64,000 nucleotides of DNA from Candidatus Latescibacterota bacterium (GTDB lineage: Bacteria > Latescibacterota > UBA2968 > GCA-2709665). The DNA lies in the NCBI GenBank assembly GCA_965205485.1, contig OZ242180.1, positions 3,584,001 to 3,648,000 on the forward strand, written 5' to 3'. The notes beneath the pieces were generated by a model. That model did no database searches. It was not told where the DNA came from and saw only the letters and a list, made by a program, of their open reading frames with translations. This document shows, piece by piece, positions 57,720 through 64,000 of this stretch. The translations under genes were made by a program, and so were the position numbers. Position 1 is the stretch's first letter, and each line of letters starts with the position of its first letter.

Positions 57720-59828
57720 ATGAAGAATCGGGTATGGATGTACAGGCACGACGAGATTCAAACCGGAAGACCGTTCGGAATTGACGTTGACGGATCGGAT
57801 TGGCTGTGGGAGGGTTGCGGGCGCAACCGATTGACAGGCCATAATTTACATACAGCGGAGACGGTCCGGATTCCGGTACCCGATATGGCGGGTCGAGCTG
57901 CGGTCCAGGTCATCGCCTGGGAGGACAAGCTGTTGCTCACCCTGGGGGACCTGCCGTACTACCTGGTATACGATCCGGAACGTCGGACAGGCGAAAGGCG
58001 GCAGATCCCCGCAGCCCGGCCCATCGTCTGGTACGGACTCAAGACGCCTTGCGGAAAGGTGCTGCTCTTCGAGCGATCGGAATCCAGGGTTCTGGTTCTG
58101 GATGGTCCGCTGGCGGAACCGCGTGTCGTGGATTGTCCGTTCGAAGGGCAACTGGCGGGCGGATGGTGTATTGAGGAGATGGTCTGGTCGCCATTGACCG
58201 ACCCGTCCAGAATTGTCAGGTTCGATCCCGGTGAGGAACGATTCGTGGACGAGCGCCCCGGTCCCTATCCGGAAGCCTCGTTATCCGGGCACCTCATGCA
58301 TCGCGGCCTGCTTTACACGTGGGATGTGTCAAGGGGCCGGATCCTGCCGCTGGAACCGGTCCGCGGCCGTTGGGAAAAACCGATCCCCGCGCCGGACCAC
58401 GGCAGTGTGTACGGATTCATGGGTGGAGGGTTCGGCTTCGGGGGACGTGCCTATATCTGTCTGAGTACCTATATGCATCCGAGCCGGCTCGATCCGAAAA
58501 CGGGCCGGATCGTGATCCCTGACGGGCCTCTGACGATTGACGGGGAGCCGCCCCGGTTTCTGGATCGTTTTCTGGTATTCGATCCGGATTCCGGAACCTT
58601 CGACTACCTCGCGGCGCCGGAACAACCGGACGGTGTCCCGCTTTTATGTTATCACTGGACGGACGGCGAACGGTTCGCCATTACCGGCACCACCATACCC
58701 TACGCGCATCCCGGGAAATTGGGAAGGGCATTCGGTTCCTGGATCGTGCTGCAGAGCGAACCGGCCGCGCAGGAACCGGGTTTCGGCAATCATGACACGG
58801 CGTTTGACCGGGGTGCGCATCTGAACCGGTACCGCCGCACGTACGGCGCGGAAAGGTCGCTCTATCTGCCGCATACGCCGTGGACGCCGCCCATCGTGAA
58901 TATGGAGGGTCCCGCGACGGATTATCCGCCCGGGATGGAGGCCGAACTGGTCCGCCGTGCCGCCAGGACCGATCGGTCGGAGTACCTCGAGAACCTTGTC
59001 CGGACCATTACGGCCGGGGTGTCGACGGACGCGGAGGCGGTCAAAGCGGTTGCGGGATACGTGAATCGGGCGCTGTACTACAATCCGGTCCAGATACCCG
59101 ATACCCGGGACCCGGTCGCCATACTCGAAGGACACGATGCACGGTGCGGGCAGGGCGTTACGGTCACCGTGGCGATTCTGGAAACGCTCGGTATTCCGGT
59201 GCGGACGGTCGGTCTCTCCCATCACGTGGTTGCGGAGGCCACGTACGACGGCGGCGACCATATCGTGGACGCGCTGTTTTTCGGCGCAAGCCAGCCGCAC
59301 AAGGCGGGGCGCGTGTTGTCCGTGACCGAACTGAAGGCGGATATCTATTTCGCCGATGGCTTCGCGCAGGAGTGTTTCGCGTACGATCCCGAATTGCTCG
59401 AGAGCGAAGACCGGTTCTGGATTCTGGGGTACGTATTCGGCATCTGGGGGTCCGAACCGTATTACTCGTACTATCTGGGGGCCGAAAAGGCGCATCCGCC
59501 GACGTTTCCGCTTTCTCTGCCGGCGCAGCGGATTGGCGGGCGAGAGGTCCGTTTGAACTGGGCGCGGTCGATAAAGATGGGCGGCGGCGGGATCGAGTAC
59601 GACGTGCGGGTTTTCACGGATCGGGCGTGTCGTGAGGAAGTGATGGCCGAAACGACCGGGGACACGTCAATTGTCTGGAGGGTGCCGGAGGCCAACAGAA
59701 TGTACTTTGTGGAAGTACGCGCCGTGGACGATCACCGGGAGCGGAATCCGGACACGTGGTATCCCGCATCGCGGTCCAACTTCGTGCTGGTTCCCGAAGA
59801 CCAGTACGGCTGGTACGGCGTCATGTAG
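57720..59828 (+). CDS. Hypothetical multidomain protein: beta-propeller-like N-terminus, transglutaminase-like core, FN3-like C-terminus
   Basis: ARCGQG, HHVVAE, IVDA putative Cys-His-Asp triad; LNW...YDV...YFVEVRAVD FN3 pattern. Confidence 0.6.
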   Translation: MKNRVWMYRHDEIQTGRPFGIDVDGSDWLWEGCGRNRLTGHNLHTAETVRIPVPDMAGRAAVQVIAWEDKLLLTLGDLPYYLVYDPERRTGERRQIPAARPIVWYGLKTPCGKVLLFERSESRVLVLDGPLAEPRVVDCPFEGQLAGGWCIEEMVWSPLTDPSRIVRFDPGEERFVDERPGPYPEASLSGHLMHRGLLYTWDVSRGRILPLEPVRGRWEKPIPAPDHGSVYGFMGGGFGFGGRAYICLSTYMHPSRLDPKTGRIVIPDGPLTIDGEPPRFLDRFLVFDPDSGTFDYLAAPEQPDGVPLLCYHWTDGERFAITGTTIPYAHPGKLGRAFGSWIVLQSEPAAQEPGFGNHDTAFDRGAHLNRYRRTYGAERSLYLPHTPWTPPIVNMEGPATDYPPGMEAELVRRAARTDRSEYLENLVRTITAGVSTDAEAVKAVAGYVNRALYYNPVQIPDTRDPVAILEGHDARCGQGVTVTVAILETLGIPVRTVGLSHHVVAEATYDGGDHIVDALFFGASQPHKAGRVLSVTELKADIYFADGFAQECFAYDPELLESEDRFWILGYVFGIWGSEPYYSYYLGAEKAHPPTFPLSLPAQRIGGREVRLNWARSIKMGGGGIEYDVRVFTDRACREEVMAETTGDTSIVWRVPEANRMYFVEVRAVDDHRERNPDTWYPASRSNFVLVPEDQYGWYGVM

Positions 59829-59866
59829 GGACGAAGCCGCCGATATTCCGACGAGAGACGGGGCGG

Positions 59867-61498
59867 CTATTTGTCGGAGGGACTGCTCCGGACCACCGGA
59901 ACGTGAATCAGCGTGGGCCGTTCCGATTCCAGGCCGTCCCGCAGCGCCGGCAGGATCTGGCCGGCGCGTTCAATTCGAGTACCCCTGGCGCCAAAGGCTT
60001 TCGCCATTCCCGCGTAGTCGATCGGACCCAGCTCGGAGGTGATCCCGCGGCCATAACGCGCCTCGTGTCCGGAAAGCGTGATGCCCCACGCTTCGTCGTC
60101 GGCCAGAAGGACCACGAAGGGCAGTCCCTGGCGGGCGGCGGCCTCAAGTTCGGCGACGGTAAAGGTGAGCGCGCCGTCGCCCGAAATGAGGATGACCCGC
60201 CGGTCCGGATACAGGAGGCGTGCGGCCATCGCGGCAGGAATGCCGTAGCCGACAACGCCGCTTGCGCCGCAGGTGAGCCAGTGGCCGGGATATCGGTCGC
60301 AGAGGACCTGGTGGGCCCACTGTCCGATGTTGCCGCCGTCGATGATGACAATGGTGTCGTTGGTAAGGACGGCCTGTACAGCGTGGATGATATCCAGCGC
60401 GTGCAGGCCGTTTCCCTTGCGAGAGGCCACGCACCTCCGGCGAAACGCGTCCCGGCGCCTGGTGGCTTCCTGGAGCCAGGCCGTCCCGGGCGCGATCTTC
60501 CGTGATTTCGCGACCTCCGTCAGCTGGCTGAGCGCGGACCCGGGATCGGCCGCCACGCGAATATGGGCGCCCGCGCCCTGATTGAGCTGGGAGGCATCCG
60601 CGTGGATGCGCACGATCGTCGCATCGGGATGTACGGCGGGCGGTTGAAGGTAACCGACCCGGTAGTCGCAGACCGCGCCGGCCAGCAGAACCAGGTCTGC
60701 ATCGGACAGGAGCCGGGGGCCGCCGCTTGCCGCGCCGACAACGCCCATAAAGGTCTCGATGGGCCGCGGGATGGCGCCCCGGTCCCAGATCGGCACCGCC
60801 ACGGGAACAGCCAGGGATCGGGTGAACTCCGCCAGCGCCTCGCCGCCGTCCGCATAGTGTGTCCCTCCGCCGGCAACCAGAAGGGGACGGTCCGACTGAG
60901 AGATCAGATCGGCGACACGGTCGATTTCTCCGGGATGTCCGGATGCGACGGTGGGCGCCGGATGGCCGGTGTCATGAACCCGTACGACGGCGTCGGCGCG
61001 GATTTCGGCGTCCAGGACGTCCTGGGGAACGGTCAGGTGTACGGGTCCCGGCCTGCCGGACATCGCGGCTTCAAAGGCCTCGTGCAGCATCTGCGGTATT
61101 CGCTCCGGATGGTGGATGGTTTCCGCGTATTTGCACAGGGGCGCCGCGATGGCAACCTGGTCCAGGTCCTGGAAGTGACCGAGCCCCGCGGTGCCGGAGG
61201 ATCCACTTCCGGTGATGAGCAGCATCGGCGCCCCGTCGAAATGGGCGTTGCAGACGCCGGTGAGCGCGTTTACGTGCGCCACGCCGCTGCTGACGGCGCA
61301 AACGCCGACGGTGCGGTTGAGGCGTCCGACGGCTTCCGCGATATACCCTGCGGCCTGTTCGTTTCGCACGTCCACAAGACGTATTCCCGCCCGGTCGCAG
61401 GCGTCGTCCAGGTCGTCCAGGCCATGCCCGCAGAGGGTTGCAACGAAGGCGACGCCCTTTTTCTGTAGTTCCGACACCAGCAGATCCGCGCCGTTCAT
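59867..61498 (-). CDS. Thiamine pyrophosphate-binding enzyme (acetolactate synthase-like superfamily)
   Basis: VRNEQAA, FQDLDQ, GRPGPVHL, GYGIPAAMAA, SGDGA. Confidence 0.9.
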   Translation of the reverse strand: MNGADLLVSELQKKGVAFVATLCGHGLDDLDDACDRAGIRLVDVRNEQAAGYIAEAVGRLNRTVGVCAVSSGVAHVNALTGVCNAHFDGAPMLLITGSGSSGTAGLGHFQDLDQVAIAAPLCKYAETIHHPERIPQMLHEAFEAAMSGRPGPVHLTVPQDVLDAEIRADAVVRVHDTGHPAPTVASGHPGEIDRVADLISQSDRPLLVAGGGTHYADGGEALAEFTRSLAVPVAVPIWDRGAIPRPIETFMGVVGAASGGPRLLSDADLVLLAGAVCDYRVGYLQPPAVHPDATIVRIHADASQLNQGAGAHIRVAADPGSALSQLTEVAKSRKIAPGTAWLQEATRRRDAFRRRCVASRKGNGLHALDIIHAVQAVLTNDTIVIIDGGNIGQWAHQVLCDRYPGHWLTCGASGVVGYGIPAAMAARLLYPDRRVILISGDGALTFTVAELEAAARQGLPFVVLLADDEAWGITLSGHEARYGRGITSELGPIDYAGMAKAFGARGTRIERAGQILPALRDGLESERPTLIHVPVVRSSPSDK

Positions 61499-61605
61499 TC
61501 ACATTCCTCCCGTGGAACTTTCAAGGGGTTCTCACAGTCAAAGGTTAACAGGCTTTTCGGGCGCAGGAGTACGTCCGTCGCCGCTGCGGCGCGCCCGCAA
61601 ACCCG

Positions 61606-62343
61606 TCAGAGACGGTACAGGTCCAGCGAATCGATGGCGTCCGCGACGCGGGACGGAACGAGGTGACGGATTGACGCGCCATTTCGTCTGAGATCCCGGA
61701 CCTCGGTTGAAGACATCCGCGAATAGGCGCCGTCCAGCCGGATGAAACGGATTTTATCCGAGAATGCGGCGAATTCCGGGCTCTTCTCCAGCCTTCGCAT
61801 GGCTTCCCGGTCGATAGTGTCGCGGTTGGCGGCGACGACGTGGGCACTGTCGAAGAGTGCGGCAAGCTCGTCCTCGAGGTTGGAATAGTACCGGGGATCG
61901 AAGACTCTCAGAAGGGTGTCGTATCCGACGACAAAATATAAGTCTGTCGATTCGGGATAAAGGGGACGCAGTGCGCTGGCTTTGTCGACGAACCGGGCGT
62001 GGCTGCAGCCGGCCACCGAGATGTTGGGATACGGTTTCGCATAGTGTTCGAGCATGGCCAGACGCTGTGCCAGCGACGCCCCGTAGATGGGTTTGTCGAC
62101 ATTCGCGTGTGACAGCAGGAGCAGTTCCTCGCCGGCCCGGCACGATTCCGATGCCCGATTCAACATGGCTTCGTGGGCAACGGTCATCGGGTTGAATGAG
62201 GCATCCATCACAACCAGGCTGCCGCCCGGCCGGTTGAGACCGTTCGCCGCTCTCAGCAATAAGGCCGCACGCGGTGGACCACCGGGTTCGAGCGCTTCCA
62301 TGAAGCTTTGCAGTTCCTGCAGTTTCCGTGGATCGACCCGCAT
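61606..62343 (-). CDS. Nicotinamide/nicotinate-nucleotide adenylyltransferase-like cytidyltransferase
   Basis: DASFNPMTVAH, NVDK, FVDK, VGYDTLLRVFDPRYY, MSSTEVR. Confidence 0.82.
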   Translation of the reverse strand: MRVDPRKLQELQSFMEALEPGGPPRAALLLRAANGLNRPGGSLVVMDASFNPMTVAHEAMLNRASESCRAGEELLLLSHANVDKPIYGASLAQRLAMLEHYAKPYPNISVAGCSHARFVDKASALRPLYPESTDLYFVVGYDTLLRVFDPRYYSNLEDELAALFDSAHVVAANRDTIDREAMRRLEKSPEFAAFSDKIRFIRLDGAYSRMSSTEVRDLRRNGASIRHLVPSRVADAIDSLDLYRL

Positions 62344-62377
62344 CGGCAACCTGGCGAATGGTAGTTTGTGCCCGTTA

Positions 62378-62539
62378 GAAGTTGTCTTAAAATTACCGGT
62401 GGGTTCCCGAGCGCGAGCGAAAAAGTGGCGGTCAAGGCGGGAAAACTCGCCCATATTTGTCTATACGGGTGGGTTTGACCAACGCCGACCGGCGCTTTTG
62501 CAGCCGTGCGAAGACCGCTGGGAATTTTAAGACAGCTTC
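62378..62539. mobile_element. MITE family B copy (162 bp), TTA direct repeats
   Basis: TTA-GAAGTTGTCTTAAAATT...AATTTTAAGACAGCTTC-TTA. Confidence 0.88.
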
Positions 62540-62549
62540 TTAATTGGAT

Positions 62550-62631
62550 ATGGTAGGCCGGGGTCCGGAGTAAGTCAATCGAATTATCGGGTGGATTTTC
62601 CGCTTGACATCTGCCTTCTCAACCTTACCAT
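62550..62631. promoter_or_regulatory. Back-to-back divergent sigma70-type promoters
   Basis: Minus: TTGACT(62578)-N17-TACCAT(62550); plus: TTGACA(62604)-N16-TACCAT(62626). Confidence 0.55.
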
Positions 62632-62680
62632 TAAATGGGGGTTTGGGTTGAACGTCCAATATCGAGCGAGAGGGAGATGA

Positions 62681-63586
62681 ATGGCGGGGCGGCCGTTTCG
62701 GGGGGTGTTCGTCATCCTGGCAACGCCGTTTTCGGACGATGGATCGCTTGACGAAGACGGGTTGAAGTCCGTGGTGGAATTCTCGATCGCGGCGGGCGCG
62801 CATGGGCTGGTCACGCCGGCAAACGCAAGCGAATTCAGCGCGTTGTCCGACCCGGAACGGCTTCGCGTGATCGAGGTCGTGGGCAGGACGGCGCAGGGCC
62901 GGCTGCCTTTCGTCGCTGGCGTGTCCGGAGTGAGTACCCAGGTGGCTGTGTGGCTGGCGAAACATGCGGCCGACGCCGGCGCCGACGCCTTGATCGCCAT
63001 GCCACCCTATGTGTCCAAGCCGTCGGCCGATGGCGTGAGGGCGTATTACGAAGCGATTTCCCGGACGACCGAACTGCCGATATTCGTACAGAACTATCCG
63101 CTGCCGATCGGCGTGCCATTGTCATCCGCGTTGTTGGGTCAGCTTGCGCGCGAGATCGAACGGGTGCTTTACGTCAAGGAGGAAGTCCCGCCGGTCACGC
63201 ACTCCGTTTCCGCGGATATCGCTGCCTGCGGGAATTCGGTGGAGGGCGTGTTCGGGGGTGCGGCCGGACGATTCCTGATTGACGAAATGAGTCGGGGCGC
63301 GGCCGGAACCATGCCGGCCTGCGACGTCCCCGACGTGCACACCGCAGTATGGAACGCCTGGCAGGCGGGGGACGTGTCTGGCGCCCGCGAGGTGTTCAAC
63401 CGCCTGTTGCCGCTCTTGAATTTTGAATCGCTGCACAGCGTACAGGGTTACAAGGAGGTACTCCGCCGCCGCGGGGTGATCCGGTCGGCCCACGTCAGGA
63501 CCGCCGTGACCGGTCCGCTGGATGCGCACGATCACGCTGAACTCGATGCGATTCTCGCCGAAATCAGCGACCTCTGGTCGGTTTGA
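62681..63586 (+). CDS. Dihydrodipicolinate synthase family (class I aldolase) protein
   Basis: LATPF, SEF..LS..ER, AMPPY, YVKEE Schiff-base Lys. Confidence 0.9.
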   Translation: MAGRPFRGVFVILATPFSDDGSLDEDGLKSVVEFSIAAGAHGLVTPANASEFSALSDPERLRVIEVVGRTAQGRLPFVAGVSGVSTQVAVWLAKHAADAGADALIAMPPYVSKPSADGVRAYYEAISRTTELPIFVQNYPLPIGVPLSSALLGQLAREIERVLYVKEEVPPVTHSVSADIAACGNSVEGVFGGAAGRFLIDEMSRGAAGTMPACDVPDVHTAVWNAWQAGDVSGAREVFNRLLPLLNFESLHSVQGYKEVLRRRGVIRSAHVRTAVTGPLDAHDHAELDAILAEISDLWSV

Positions 63587-63609
63587 TCACGAAATTTACG
63601 GAGGGTGTT

Positions 63610-64000
63610 ATGCATGTTGGGATGCGGATACCGTCGATGGGAAGGGAATTGGGTCTCGAGGGTGTGGTGGCGTGGGCGAGCGAATGCGGTTTCGGGTCTG
63701 TGGATGTGCCGGAAGTCGACGCCGGGGTTCGGGGGATTTTCGACAGGGCGGGGCTGGCGATCGGTACCGTCGACTGGGGTGTGGGCGGAGGCCTGCTGAG
63801 CCGGGACGCCGAGGTGCGCAAGAGGGCGGTCGCAGCCATGAAGCGGCGCATTCACGATACGGGTGTCCACGGTTCCGGCGTTGTGTTTCTCTGCCTGGCG
63901 CCGGACGACGGCATGCAGTCACGGGCCGACAGTTTCGAGATCTTCAAAGCCGTTTATCCCGGGGTGGTGGACTATGCGGAACAGCAGAATGTGCATCTGG
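63610..64000 (+). CDS. Sugar phosphate isomerase/epimerase (xylose isomerase-like TIM barrel); runs off the window end
   Basis: Own translation MHVGMRIP...WASECGFGSVD...LLSRD...YAEQQNVHL, no stop; RBS GGAGGG; absent from the ORF track. Confidence 0.7.
   Translation, partial: MHVGMRIPSMGRELGLEGVVAWASECGFGSVDVPEVDAGVRGIFDRAGLAIGTVDWGVGGGLLSRDAEVRKRAVAAMKRRIHDTGVHGSGVVFLCLAPDDGMQSRADSFEIFKAVYPGVVDYAEQQNVHL

Noticed and set aside
462..61468. Many long antisense or alternate-frame ORFs (e.g. 6031-7725, 20317-21768, 34985-36289, 49574-51019)
   Set aside because: They shadow well-supported genes, lack motifs, and are expected in high-GC DNA
1..64000. Stop-codon recoding (Sec/Pyl) or alternative genetic code
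   Set aside because: Recognised genes end at family-typical positions; I saw no in-frame TGA/TAG splitting a domain

Overview
A 64-kb, GC-rich bacterial chromosomal segment with about 55 protein genes and 2 tRNAs. I found no transposase, integrase, phage gene or CRISPR array. Left to right: (i) the 3' part of a glutamine synthetase-like gene plus GlxB/GlxC-type (N-methylglutamate synthase A/B-like) genes; (ii) a long + strand run of catabolic enzymes (Gfo/Idh/MocA, enolase superfamily, PhyH dioxygenases, DegT aminotransferases, DUF1445, creatininase, phosphotriesterase, FGGY kinase with a C-terminal frameshift, pabB); (iii) membrane/envelope genes (DCC-LMF fusion, DUF445, GT4, DUF6785-like, DUF502, DUF4837, HhH-barrel, LpoA-like); (iv) tRNA-Cys, tRNA-Leu and an orphan GroES; (v) a CusCBA copper/silver efflux locus with a Cys-rich upstream ORF, an HMA lipoprotein and ferritin; (vi) housekeeping and orphan enzymes (accD, manC-like, aroQ, TPP enzyme, NMN adenylyltransferase-like, DHDPS-like) and two large multidomain proteins. 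The gene content resembles FCB-group/Latescibacterota-like host-associated bacteria (inference only). The most unusual signal is non-coding: three ~160-bp MITE-like families have different terminal repeats and target duplications (TTAA, TTA, TA) but share a CAAGGCG...AACG(C/T)AG core at nearly the same offset inside unrelated stems. REP-like, 7-mer and 9-mer repeats are also present. All family calls come from motif recognition, not database searches.
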